From NCBI GenBank assembly GCA_030704615.1, contig CM060731.1, positions 12,028,001-12,092,000 on the forward strand: a stretch of 64,000 nucleotides of DNA. The letters are read 5' to 3'. The stretch is from Takakia lepidozioides. Lineage: Eukaryota > Plantae > Bryophyta. Made by a program: the position numbers and the translations under genes. Positions 1-12,600 of the stretch are shown here, piece by piece. The notes beneath the pieces are model-generated. The model did no database searches. It was not told the DNA's origin and saw only the letters and a list, made by a program, of their open reading frames with translations. Position 1 is the stretch's first letter; every line of letters begins with the position of its first letter.

Positions 1-1280
1 TGCTGCTATGACAGAGTCTTGATCGTTCACCTAAGGTATTCTACATCCTGTACTTTTGAAAATTATTCTCTCTTGAACCTCAGCCTTACCACTAAGAATC
101 ACTCGATATGCACAGACGCTCTCAGCATCAAACAAACAGCAAAAGCATCACACAATCTGCTTCTGTTATACGTTCTTGATCATGCATCTGTGGCTTTCAA
201 AATCCTGCGCTCTGGAAACGAAATCATTCTCTTGCACTTCAGCCTCAAAAACTAGCATCAATGTTTAATAACAACAACACGATCACCAAATCCATCGCTA
301 CGCTCGCCATGGCTCTCTTCCCTTTCTCGACTCGCAACCCTGCATCGTGCTTGCACCGAGGTCCTAACTCTCACCAGCTCAGGTCCCAACAAAGCGCCCT
401 ACCCAATCCAGATCCCCGCATTGTTGATCCACATCGGAAATTCTGGAAAGGTGAATTGCGAAATTCACCCAAATATTCCAGATTGAATTTTTCCCGCTCA
501 AAGAATTCCAACTTAAATTCTATGAACAGTCAAAAGAATATATAATTACACAGCTAATCATGAAGAGTTGTGAGTACCTAATTTGTATTTACCGTGCATG
601 CAATCCAATATGCCGTACCGTATTCCACGGTTCATTATTTCCTGATATTGACTCGTTTTTTGTCGTTTTTTCTTTAAAACAAAGGGGACAGAGGCCCTGT
701 TTACGTGTTCTGTTTACGTTTTCTGTTTCTGTCTTTATCAAAAATCTCTGGAAAATTTATTCGTTTTTTAATGTTTTTTCGTTTTTTCCAAGGAAACCAC
801 AGCCACAGGCACCAGAGGGGAAATTTGTTTTTTAGTTTTAATAAATAAATTCGACACAGCTGAGATTCTGATCATAATAAGAGTATCCCAGTATCCTACT
901 GCTTTAAATCTGATGAGCTGGAAGGAAGCTTGTTATTTTACTTTAAGAAAATGTGTTTCCCATTTTTGTTTTTTATAGAAAAATCATAAGAGTCAATTCA
1001 CAGAGTTAGTTACAGCGAATAGATGGAAACAAAAAGAAAAAAAAGATGGAGAGTAAAAGCAGGAGGACAACGGCTAGTTACGTAGGCCTAACCACATGGT
1101 ACAGCAGCCGCCTTTATACCTATTACTCAAGTTTATACTTTATACGCGCAAAGAATCTGGGATAATTCTAGGCCATAAACTGACGGATTTTTTCATGATT
1201 AAGGGTTTTTTTTCCTGTATATTCATTCATCCATTAATAAATTTCCAGTCCCACTGTCCCCTGTCACTGTCCTCTCTAAA

Positions 1281-1308
1281 TAATAATAATAATAATAATA
1301 GTAATAAC
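1281..1308. repeat. (TAA)n microsatellite
   Basis: taataataataataataatagtaataac. Confidence 0.85.
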
Positions 1309-1739
1309 TAAGGGGTCTGATTTTCTGTGTTTCCCTCGAGAGAGGTATGCCTAAGCCATTCTGTTACACATGGGGGTTAGCCAGATATAGCTGCAGCTGT
1401 GCATTCAAAAGTCGGCCGCTGTGGCTATCTTTGGGGCGGGGCCGTCTTTGACTGCAATTCATTAACTGCTGGCGTAATGCAAAACAGTGAGATGTTTAAT
1501 GGTGGGTGGGATGGTTTACATACTAGATCTTCATCAAGATTCAAATTTGCAGGTCTTTCTGTCTCTTCCTGTTTGATCGATGTTCGCAACTGCCTGCAGT
1601 AGCTAGCTATGTAGCTGATCAGCTGTGATAAGAAATTGGGTTGCTCTTGAGTCCTCACTTACCTGAGGATGTCTGATAGTCTCTTTCGGCGAATGAACTC
1701 TTTGAAGATCTGGAATTCCCGATGTACAAATGTGCCAAA

Positions 1740-4700
1740 ATGCCAGGGAGGCTACGAGGAACATTGCTGTTTATACTTGCAATTGTTAGTCTCCACCGCA
1801 TAGAGGTTCTTGCAACTCAACAAGAAGGTGTGTTATCGGTAGCAACATCGACTTTTACTGTCATTGGTTTCGGGAAACCTGTCTTTAATTGTCCCGCAAA
1901 ATTCAGTTCGAACAAAAAAAATCAGTTGCAGCAGTAGATATGGATTTGGGCGTTTCTTGATCGGCCCGTGGATGTCCCCATCCTCACTTGCTGAAGTCGT
2001 GTATGTCCACGGATTGGGCTTGATAGTAATGCTTTGGCTGTTCGAACTCATCTAGTTTCCAAATACTACCTCAAGCTCCCTGGAGATGGCGTGTGTGTGA
2101 AAGTGGTAAAGAAAGGAAGAAGATTTTGTACTTAGGAAGCCCCAAGAGCAGGTAACCGAGAAGCAGGCCTAAATTGCTCGGAGTCCAGGATTGTGACGGG
2201 CGGATTTTTGTCTACTGTGTGGGTGTTGCAGCTGCGGTACTTACACAGCTGAAAGAGGTGTGGAGCACTGCGTCCAATGATGTGAATGAGTGGGTGGACG
2301 CTGTGGATCCCTGCAACGGGTGGCCCGGCATTGGTTGTGCACTCCAAGACAAACCATCCGTGCACCTGCCCTGCTTCATTGCCAACTCCACATGCAAAGT
2401 GGTCAGCTTGTGAGTCTCACCCCATCATCCTTAATCCATGCCCTCTTTCAGACAGTGGACTGTATCGTCTATCTGGTGATGTTGTCACTTTCTTACCCGG
2501 GCAGTCTGGGGAAACCACCAACATGGTTCTTTCATTTACCCCTTCACTCTAGCTTCCCTTTTCCCTCTGCTGGGCCCAGGACATCTTGTCCAAGGAATTT
2601 ATCTGTAAACATGTGATGCTGCAGATAATTGTGGGGAATTCAAATCATTGCCCCTGCCTGTGCCTGTCCTTCAATCTCCCCCAAGGAGACTGGATCAAAA
2701 ACTATAAACAAGAGGGAGGGAAGTCATAGTCCACATATTTTGTTGTCACTTTGTTGAACACTTGATTTCATACTCTCTCGTAGGGCAGTGATCGAAGCCT
2801 TGTTCTTCTGGCCCCTAAGGCCCTCTGGACTGTTGTTTCTTTGTGTATTCAACTCCGTGGTCCAATAAAGCACTCTGTACTTCGTGGGGAGTTTTTGGTT
2901 TTCTTTCTTTCTCTCTCTGATCTCCTCCAAAGCCAAAAGGGACGACAGAAATTGAATGTTGCGTGGGATACTGAGATATAGGAGGCTTTTGGGCCACTCC
3001 TGGGATTCCAGAACTACTGACTAAGTTATGACCTGTCTTTTACAATATCAGGCAATTGCCAAACTGCAGCCTATCAGGCAAGATTCCTTTTATTCTTGGG
3101 GGCTTGTCCAACCTTCAGACGCTGTAAGTCTCACCATCCCTCCTCTCTTATGGTGTCAGCCTCTCTTCCTGCATGGATTAGAGTCCTGCATGCTGGTTGC
3201 TCATGTCGATTTGTCTGTCTATATTTGTCAAACATAGTTGTCAGTTGGTCAATTGCTTCTACCAAAGGCTTCCTTTTGGAGAGGAATCCACCTACAGATT
3301 CATGTGTTGTTCTGTTTGCTTTGATCAAATCACTAAAAAACTACGTTGTTGTGTTCACAAACAGAGATCTTCATGGGAACTTCCTCATAGGGGGATTAGC
3401 CTCCCAGATTTTTGAAGGCTTCCCCAACCTTTCCTACTTGGATCTGTCATCCAATTTTTTGAATGGAACAATACCACAGATTGGGCATCCAGGGTTACGG
3501 TCTGTTGTCTGGGCTCAGAACTGTTTCCTGGCAGATAATAGATGCCATCTTGATCAGGGCATGCGGCGACTATCTGATTGCACTAAAGTCACCTCGCTAC
3601 AGCTCCAAGCATGTCCTTCCTGGGCCCGAAATCATATTGTTCAGCTGTACATTCTGCTTGTAGTCTGCCCCTTCACATTCATTGTTCTCTCATCTCTTGT
3701 AGTTATATTTTTCTGCTGGAGGAGGCGAACAGAGAAGCAGGCTGCCAATCTTCAATATTCTGCGAAGATCCAATCAGATGAGTGTAAGCATTTCATGTAC
3801 GAAGAGCTTGAGGCTGCAACAAACAACTTCCACGACAACAGAATACTAGGGTGCAGTGGGTCCGGAAGCGTCTACCTAGGAAGACTGGATACTGGCAGGT
3901 ATGTTGCAATCAAGCAGCTGGAGAATGGTTCAAGCAATGGAGACATAGAGTTCTGGAATGAGGTTTTGATAATAGGGGCGATTGAGCACCCTAATGTGGT
4001 GAAACTACGTGGTTACTGCAAGGAAGGTCGGCGATGTAACTGTCTCTTGGTGTATGACTACATGCCTAATGGCTCGGTTTTAGATGCTCTTCTTAGTAAT
4101 GATGGCTCTCAGTTACCATGGGAACGGAGGTATAGCATTGCACTTGGAGCTGCAAGCGGTCTTGAATACCTGCATGAGCTTTGCGCTCTAGCCATCATAC
4201 ACAGAGACATCAAGCCCAGCAATATCCTCTTAGACAGGTATAACTGCACCAGACATTATGTGTATCATGTCTACAGGATATATTATGTTACAAGCTTGCA
4301 ACAGTCTATACTCAGTGGTCACCTCATCCATAGAATATGCAAGCTTTCTCGGTTGACATTGATCAATGTTATGTCTTAGAAGTGCACATGGAAGTCCCCT
4401 GCAGTCAGTTCCAACAGCTTTGTAGTGGTTAATCTCTCAAAATGTGGATGTACTGCCCATCTCTTTTAACAATTCCATGCCTTCCTGTGTTTAACAGTGA
4501 TTTTAATGCACGGGTGGGAGATTTTGGACTTGCAAAAATCACTTTGTGCGACCAATCCCCTGTGAGCACCAGTGTGGAGGCAAATCAGGGTTTTGAGGAT
4601 CCTGAGTATGCTCTGACAGGAAAGCTGACGGATAAGAGCGATGTTTTTAGTTTTGGCATGCTTCTGTTGGTCCTCATCAGTGGCTCCCATATTATGGAGA

Positions 4701-5401
4701 CATCCCTTCATCCATCAGGTAACTTCAGCAAGTATGTCCTGTTGAGGAAACATCAAAGACTAAATAAATAAATAGAACTGCAGATCATTAAGGTTGGACA
4801 GGTCTTACATCAATGGTGGAAATTCCAGAGTAGCATCTCAACAATACGGAGTAGTCATAACCTAGATGGGGTCTATGGGTAAGGAGTAGCAAATTCCAGA
4901 GTAGCATCTCAACAATATGGAGTAGTAGTCAACCTAGATAGGGTCTATGGGTAAGGACTTAGTGTGGATTGAAATCTGAACCCTCCTTGCGTGTTGATTT
5001 AAGCAGAACTGTAGTTTACTTTCTAATCAAGTGACCCTCAGCACAGGGGAGGGATTCTGAAACTATCGGATTTTCATGCAGGCAAAACTCAGCTGCTGTC
5101 ATGGATGCAAGTGCTGGCCAAAGCTGAGGAGCTGTCAGAGTTGGTGGACCCACAGTTAAAGGGCTTATACAACAGCCACCAAGTTAACCTTTGTGCCCAA
5201 ATTGCACTCTTGTGTACACGGATTCTTCCTGACTTGCGGCCCTCCATGGGTGAAGTCCGTCGTCTTCTGGATGGCACAACTGAGCTGCCAGTTGCAGCGA
5301 GCCTGCTCAATAGCCCCAACTCATCTTCACGGGGCAGCTTTCTATCTGGAAGCTGCACCCCTCCATCCACTGCCAGTTTTTATGGCACCGAGAGTGTCTA
5401 G
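1740..5401 (+). CDS. LRR receptor-like Ser/Thr kinase with short ectodomain; approximate exons 1740-1827, 2232-2409, 3365-4237, 4498-4718, 5082-5401
   Basis: Signal peptide (MPGRLRGTLLFILAIVSL), LRR N-cap (DPCNGWPGIGC), LRRs (DLHGNFL, LSYLDLSSNFLNGTIP), TM helix followed by WRRR, and kinase motifs VAIK, HPNVVKLRGYC, HRDIKPSNILLD, DFG, DVFSFG, RPSM. GT/AG junctions keep the frame. An in-frame ATG at 1722 is an alternative start. Confidence 0.88.
4820..4957. repeat. ~70-bp tandem duplication in the last RLK intron
   Basis: Two copies of aaattccagagtagcatctcaacaata.ggagtagt...acctagat.gggtctatgggtaagga. Confidence 0.85.
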
Positions 5402-5684
5402 ATGAGCTCCATTGAGATGTCTGGAGTTGGATTGTTGCAACTGGTTCAACCACTAATTTCTCCTCCAGTATGACTGGACAGTGTAATTGTGGCTTCCATT
5501 TCAAGAAACTCTCTCACGCACAGGTACAATTGACCATCATCAACTTCATGATAGTCAGCCTCAAGTGAGGAAAGGCGTCCAGGTGGAAAAGCCTTTGGAC
5601 AACCCTCTAGTGAATTGGAGCGTTGTGCTGTTCATTCCTCAAGTTTCGAGACCTATATTGAGGTCGATCTTATTTTGAAAGCAC

Positions 5685-6030
5685 GTTGAAAGAAGGAAGG
5701 AGCATCTGCGGGTTAATATTTGATCTTTGCTTGGACCCACACTCTGTATATTACCACCTCATTCTTTCTAACTATTCTGCCTCTGTTGGCCCATCTATCA
5801 TCTTACAATCTGATGGAGTTTCTCTAGTTAGTCAATTGTAAGCGGATACAAAGTAAGAGTTCTTTAGTTGAAAGGAGCATCTGCAGGTTTATATCGATCT
5901 TTGCTTGGACCCACTGTAAATTGTGACCTTATTTTTTCTAATTATGTTGTCTATTAGTATGTTGGCTTTCGCAATCTGCTGGAGTTTGTTCAGTTGGGCA
6001 ATTGTAAACGGATAGAGAGTTGAGTTCTTT
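5685..6030. repeat. Diverged ~180-bp tandem duplication downstream of the RLK
   Basis: aggagcatctgc.ggtt.atat..gatctttgcttggacccac and tggagttt...caattgtaa.cggata occur twice, near 5698 and 5873. Confidence 0.7.
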
Positions 6031-6495
6031 TGCTGGTTTGTCAGCAGTTTTTGCTTTTTGTAACGAAAGGGAAGGAAGGACGAAGCCCTTTTAAAAGGAC
6101 GATGCAGCTGATGGCAGGAGACAACCTTCACTCCGATTGGCTATGTGCCACGAGACAAGTGTAATGGACAACATGTGGGCTTTGGATTTCGTATCAGATT
6201 TTCGGGATTCTCGGATTCCTCTCGTCTTCCTGACCAATAGAGGGCCAGTACCTTTTTCATTTGACTCCGGTCACTGTGCCTGTTGTAGTTAAGGGATCTG
6301 AAACGTGAAATGAAAACATCAATACAAGGCATTCATGGCTGTGATCCTGATCATTGATCTGTAGGTCGGCTTCCCATGTAATTAAACCGAAAGCTTCGCG
6401 TTTGAACGTTCACATTGAAAACGGCCTTATTATGGCTATAAACTGAAAGGGGGTTACCTAGTTTTCGTGAGCAGGTATCTCAAACAAAAAACCGA

Positions 6496-6710
6496 CCAAC
6501 AGTCAGTAGCTCAGTTGGTTAAGTGCACTGAGTGCCACCCAGGTGATTCTGGGGTCAAATCTTGCTACTGACGGGTGTGGTATGGTTCCTGGGCGGTGTC
6601 CCACTCATTCGCCTCCATGGCGCATGAGTGAAAGAGGTTATTTTCTCCTCGCACTACTAAGGGGCCTGATTTGTGAGCTGTCGCTCCCAGGTGGTTCCCT
6701 TTTTCAAAAA
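6496..6710 (+). mobile_element. tRNA-derived SINE
   Basis: A-box TAGCTCAGTTGG (6507-6518), degenerate B-box GGGTCAAATC (~6552-6561), T-run then poly(A) tail, and 10-bp TSD AAAAAACCGA at 6486-6495 and 6711-6720. Confidence 0.8.
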
Positions 6711-6945
6711 AAAAAACCGATGGAAAATGTGAAGCTTAGGATTCGTATAATGTCCCACTTGCCATGTCCCACTTGCCTACAGAAAACACAGCAAACGAGA
6801 AGAAGCCAAACAATGCAAGAAGCGGGCTTTCCGGGCTATTAGATTTTTTAGCTCCCTTGTCATTTTTGCCGTCCTCTGGGAGGTCCTGCTCATGGTGTTC
6901 CGTCTGTTCAGCTTTCGCTGGCCTCCTTGTACTAGAGAATGGGCC

Positions 6946-7018
6946 GTGTTTGGCCGATTCTGCCCTGTAAGCGGCGAGCCCGTCAAAGGCTGCTTACAGG
7001 GCAGAATCGGCCAAACAC
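6946..7018. repeat. Perfect 27-bp inverted repeat (hairpin)
   Basis: gtgtttggccgattctgccctgtaagc (6946-6972) and gcttacagggcagaatcggccaaacac (6992-7018), 19-nt spacer. Confidence 0.9.
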
Positions 7019-7341
7019 CTCCCGTTCACTGGCGTTAAAAGCAGGTGTGGAGATTCTCGCCGCCACCTGGTGCAATATGATTGGGGTTCAATCATGCCCA
7101 GATTCAGTGCCCCTTGAGAGGATATAAACTGGGCGAGCCACAAAAGGCGGGCGGGTTGATGGCTAGTGGCTGATGACATGGGCCTGGTGGTTGCTCTGCC
7201 TTGCATAATCGGCCATCCCTGCCGATTCTGACCCTGGGTGGCCGATTCGGCCTGAGAATAAGTCTCAAAAGTGGCAGAATATGCCACACCGCTTTTAACC
7301 TCTCTCGACCCAAAGGGCCTCCGAAGTCCCCTCTTCCTTAA

Positions 7342-8373
7342 CCCCCAAAGGACGAGAGGTGTTTTTGGGTATTTGGACAATTCCAGGACCCACCCTCACA
7401 CGTCAGCGGCTACCTGCCCACCAACGTTCATCCACGTGGATGAACCATACAAACTGCTTCCTACCTACAAGATGCACAAGCCCCCCAAATTTAGGGAGAT
7501 TCCACCTTGTAGTTTGGGAGATCATAACATTTGAAGACGGTGCATTTTTATGAAAATGGAAAAAACAAAGCAAAAGTTCATGTTTGACCAAGCAAATTAT
7601 CCATGATCCCAAATTTTCCTGGGAGAAAAAGTGCTATATTCCTGTGAAGTGCACAATCCCAAACCCTCACACCAAATTTCACCCCAATCTGTCAAAATGA
7701 AAGGGGGGGGGGGTGCTTTGTATGTGATTGGAATGGGGTCCAAAAAGAAAATTTGCAAAGGAAATGGTATAGGCCCCACTGGGACCTCAAATTCTCCTTC
7801 ATTTGGGAATTCCAACGGTCAGTCCCTCATAGGCCAAGAACTACACAAGCCTGCCCAAGAATTTCCCAAAAATTCCCTAAATTGCATTTGGGATGTGGGA
7901 TTTGGTGAAATTTTCGGCCTCCTCGAGGTCAGGCAATCGGTGGCCGGAATTTCGCCTGAATCCGTCGACGTTTTCCGGGCCACGTCGAGGTTTCCCATTA
8001 TTTGCCAGGGCCAGCTCATTCGAGCCGTCCCCGTGTTCGTCGGCGTTTTGGGGAGGGCCTCACAAGCAGCCGACTCCAACCCCAGCATTGCCCCCGCCGC
8101 AAAATCCCACCGGCGTGGCCACTGCCACCTGGCACGTCGACGGTCAACTGCCGTGCCCCCCCCTCCACCCAAAATCCTCCAATTTCCAAACTTCAAAAAA
8201 TCCCTGACGGCGGAGTTTTCCTCTGTTGGGGGCGCCATAAAGACCTGCGTGTGCAGCTCATTCCGCGCTACATTTTTCGTTCAAGCCGCCCGTTCATCAG
8301 ACTTCATCCGTGCATGCTACGGATGGATGAAAAATTGGGCCAACCCGATTCGGGTCGGCTCGTCGTTTAAGGG
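7342..8373. mobile_element. Non-autonomous piggyBac-like element (TTAA TSD, CCC-starting TIRs)
   Basis: TTAA 7338-7341 + CCCCCAAAGGACGAG; right end CTCGTCGTTTAAGGG + TTAA 8374-8377; TIRs match 12/15. Confidence 0.6.
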
Positions 8374-8583
8374 TTAAGAACATTTCCAAATAAAATCCAT
8401 GTGATCGGCTTATCGCATCACGCCACCCGGAATGATGAGAGGTAGCGTGTGATTAAATTCTGGGAAGAGCACTATTTTTTTCTTTCCCTTTCCTCCTTTT
8501 TCGAAATCGGCCGTTTTTTCTTTTTCCTTTTTTTTGTTTCCAAGGAACCCCAGCAACTGGGCCTTGGAAGTGGGAGGGGAAAA

Positions 8584-8680
8584 TAAACCCCCATACTGGG
8601 CCACGGAGGCATTATAGGGGCAGAGCCTCTCTGCCTTCGATAAACCCCCATACTGGGCCAGGCATTATAGGGGCAGAGCC
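8584..8680. repeat. ~57-bp tandem duplication
   Basis: taaacccccatactgggcca...ggcattataggggcagagcc x2. Confidence 0.8.
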
Positions 8681-9623
8681 CCAGCCCGAAGGCAGAGAGA
8701 CAGAAGATTGGGGTTTGAACCCCAGACCCACAAGCCAATATACACTAGTGGCTTACCATCGGGCGACAGCCCTGTTGTGTACTTAGTAATCGACCTTTTC
8801 TTTTCCGAAATCTGAAACTTTTCTCTCGGACAAATCATATAGGATACCGATGGTTGGCACATTTCTTTTTTTTCGCTGGCAGGCATCATTTTTGAGTTTT
8901 AATTTTTCACAGGGCGTGACTCAACTGAGGAAAGAAGAAAGGGAAGGGGAGCTTAACGAAAGCAAGACCAAGGCTGGAAGACAAGGCGCTCTGCCTCTCT
9001 TGGAACTGGTTTCTTGAAGAGACGAGATCTAGTGGAAGATATGCAAGGACTGTTGCTGGATTCTGCGATCTCGGGGCTTTCGCAACATTTCGTATCTAAA
9101 GTTAACTGTTGAGACTCGAGAGTTTTATAAAAACATGGAGTCCATGTAGTATTCCCATTCGTCCTTTAGGCTGTCAAACGTGCCTCAGGCAGCGCTCTGG
9201 AGTGAGGGGAGTGAAGCGTAACTGAAGGCTACGGTACAGTGTAACTCCTCTGCATTGTGACGGTTTTTGGCTATTTGAAATTAATTTGCAAACTACAGTC
9301 TGCCGGGAAATTTCAATGTACCAGTTTTCTTTTTGCTGATCTTGGCACATCCAGGGTGACATATCTGACGAGTGATAGATTTTATCGAAGCCATTTTGTC
9401 AGCTGCAGCTGAGCTGCGTGTATGGATTATCCACAAGACCTGTACAGATTTGTACATGCGACTAGTCAATATTCAGACTGGATGGAGCATAAACCATTTC
9501 ATATAAGCAAGAGCAAACTCTACTCTTCATATATGTGAGGTTCACTTTTGTTGTTAAGTTGGTCTCACAGTCTGCTCACACTTGCTGTCCGATGTATCAG
9601 GCACTGCAAATTCCAGGGTCACC

Positions 9624-12600
9624 ATGGGGGGCTTCGACCTGCGTGACAACTTTCGGCAACCCGAAAGCCAATGGCATGTGCATGCGGCTTTGCTGGTCTC
9701 GCAGATCTTGTCTGGGGGGTACTACGTCATAACGAAAGTGGCGCTTGTCAATGGAATGAACCGCGTTGTGCTCAGTATTTATCGTGATATTATAGCGGTT
9801 GTCTTCCTAATCCCCGCGGGTTATTATTTTAACAGGTAAAGCCCTCCCTCCAGAAACCTCCTTTTTCATAACTGACCTCATTGTTGCAGAGGGAGGCGTT
9901 AGAACACTTGCGCTTTTCTTCTAGCTCTGTCGTCACAATTTTCTATCGTTCGTCTCTGTGTGAGGGACTTACAGAGCAGCATGCTCTGAGTTTTTTGGCA
10001 GTGTAGTTGTCCTCGACTGTGTCATCCTACGAGTTACTGCTTTGACAGGTTGATGATATTCCTGGCCTCAGAAAATTAGAAGTCCTCTAGGGTTAGGTTT
10101 TGTTGTCTGCCTGAACCAACTGGCAGCTCGTTGGTCTCCTCCTAGGTGTCCAATGCTTAAGTACATCAATTGACCCTTCATTGGTCAAATTAATTGATAA
10201 CACATTTGTTTCCCTGGTGTGGTTGCAGGGGAAGATCTGCACAGCTATCGTGGAAAGTGTTTGGTGGACTATGCCTTGTGGGGTTGATGGGGTATGCAGT
10301 CCTCCAAAATTGACAGATAGCTCTTCGATTTCTTAGTGTATCAGCAATTCCTCAGTTGTAGTCATAGCACTAGAGTTTTCATAATCCATTGCATTTCATG
10401 TTCTCAATCAAGCTCCAAAGGGAAAATCATTTCAGCGTAGAGCCTTTCTGCAACTAGTGGCCTAATCTAATCATTTGGATCTAGAATGAAGGTTGTATTG
10501 CCCACTTTTTTGGCTCACACTGGGATGTTGCACACTTTGCAGCATTTTTGGGAGTCAGTTCCTATTGTTCATTGGCATTGAGTTGACATCTGCAGAGTTT
10601 TCATCAGCAATGCAGCCTTCAGTCCCTGTAATTGTTGCTGTTATTACAATTGTATTTGGGTGACTACTTCTCCCCTTGTTTGTCAAGCTTCAATTTCATC
10701 TACTTTCCTATGACATTTAGCTCATAGTAAGTTGCTGCTGAATAACCTGTTGGGACTGATAGTTGATTATGCCTCTGTTTGGAGGCATGAACTAGGGAAA
10801 GGGGTCGAAGAGAGGGGGAGGGCATATCTGGGGTCTGGTGGTAATGCAGAGCAGAATCCCAAAAAGTGTCAGTGGGATAGGGGGCTGTCTTGTCAGTGGA
10901 CTGGTCAGTGATGTGTTGATTCAGGAGGCTCAGGTGGAGAGAATGAAAAAAAGAATGAAGAAGGAGGTAGAGAGCAACTATTGACAAGGCTGGGGTCTCA
11001 TTTGTTTGTTGGATGGCAGGCTGGAGGCTATTCGCTGGCGTAGGCGAGATGGCCAAGCAAAAGTCGCAGGAATTGCTATCTGTTGTGCAGGGGCCATACT
11101 CATGACCTTTTATAAAGGACCCGCCATCCTAGGCCAAAAGATTGGAGCGGGTAGCCTACTTGTGTCAGAGAAGCCTGATAACATCCTGGGGCCGTCAGTT
11201 CTTGGTGGTATCTTCACAAGTTGGCATCTTGGGACTCTTTGCTTGCTTGGTAACTGTCTCTGCATGGCAGTAAGCATTAACCTCCAGGTTATTCTCTTCA
11301 TCCTTCACTCGTTCAAGGTTGAGATTGTGAATTGGACCATGCTACAACTTTTACTTTAGCTGACATGTACCTTACTGAGAGTGGTACTGTTGTTTGGAAT
11401 TCATTTTTTGTGGATTTCAGGAAGCTATAAGACAGCTGTTTGACACCTTGGCTGCCATGTCATTAGAAAGGGTAGAAGTAATCGTAAAAGTCAAATGTAA
11501 AGTAAATATTGCCGATGAGTTGTACAGCATAAACAGATCAACTTTCACCCCTAAAACATGAATCCCAAGCATCCTCTCATTATATTGAGCATAGAAGGTG
11601 AAAGGCACACCATGGTTGAGGTGAGGGGAGGGCCTTCCAGTAACCTTGATCAAATTGGAAGCTCAAGTGTATGAGCAACCAAGAGAGTGCTGGTCTAACT
11701 CTGCACACAAGGAGTGGAGGAGGATGTAATCTTGCAAAATGGTGGCTAACCGAGCATATACTTCACCACTGCAATCAACCATCCTCCACACATACTCTCT
11801 GAATTCTTTCACAACATTTTAGCTCCCCTTCTATCTTATATGCACAAATCTAGTTCATGTTGCTTGGAGGCATGTATTGTAGTGCACAAGGACAGTGGTT
11901 GAGTGGAGTCCTGTGTTGCACGCCAGGGCATTAAAATCAGGGATTGAAGTGCTTTCGGAGCATACTGGGGCAATGCTTCTCAAAGTGTACCTCTGTTCTA
12001 AGAGCCCGTTGTATAGTCAGTGCATAAGCTTTGGGTGAGAGTTCCTGCAGGTAATTTGCACCCTAACCATCAGTCTAGACCATCACATGATTTGTTTTGT
12101 AGCATTAGTTTTGTTTTTCTCCATGTACACATTAATGCTGTGTGTAAATGATTTGTGGTTCTTGTGATGTGTAGGTACCACTCTTGAAAATATTTCCTTC
12201 CCCTGTTTTACTGATGGCATATGCATATGCAATTGGTACAGTGCTCATGGGGATTGCAGCTATTTTTTTAGTGAACGACTCCTCTGCTTGGGTGCTCTCT
12301 TGGGATGTCAATCTCATCGCAGTACTCTACAATGTAAGTATGCTTCCACTAAGAAGAGGATACTTTCTGGAGTTCTATGTTATTGTACTACCAAATTGTT
12401 GTTGATAGAAATTGGAATCTCCTAGCTGCTGCTTGGGAATGTACTGCTTCAAATTTTGCCTAGTTGAGCCATGTCCTACCTCTCCTCGTATTCTTGGTTG
12501 TGGAGGAAGTATGCTCTGTAGGAACAAAAACTGCCTTTTCTCAAATTGTAGGGTCATTACTTGCCCTCATTAGCAAGAGAACCGACCAAAGATGGAATAG

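Noticed and set aside
280-310. Possible first exon (MASVAMDL) of a minus-strand gene leaving the window
   Set aside because: Too short to support without downstream exons
7631-8377. 248-aa ORF
   Set aside because: No recognisable motifs; it lies within a GC-rich non-autonomous element
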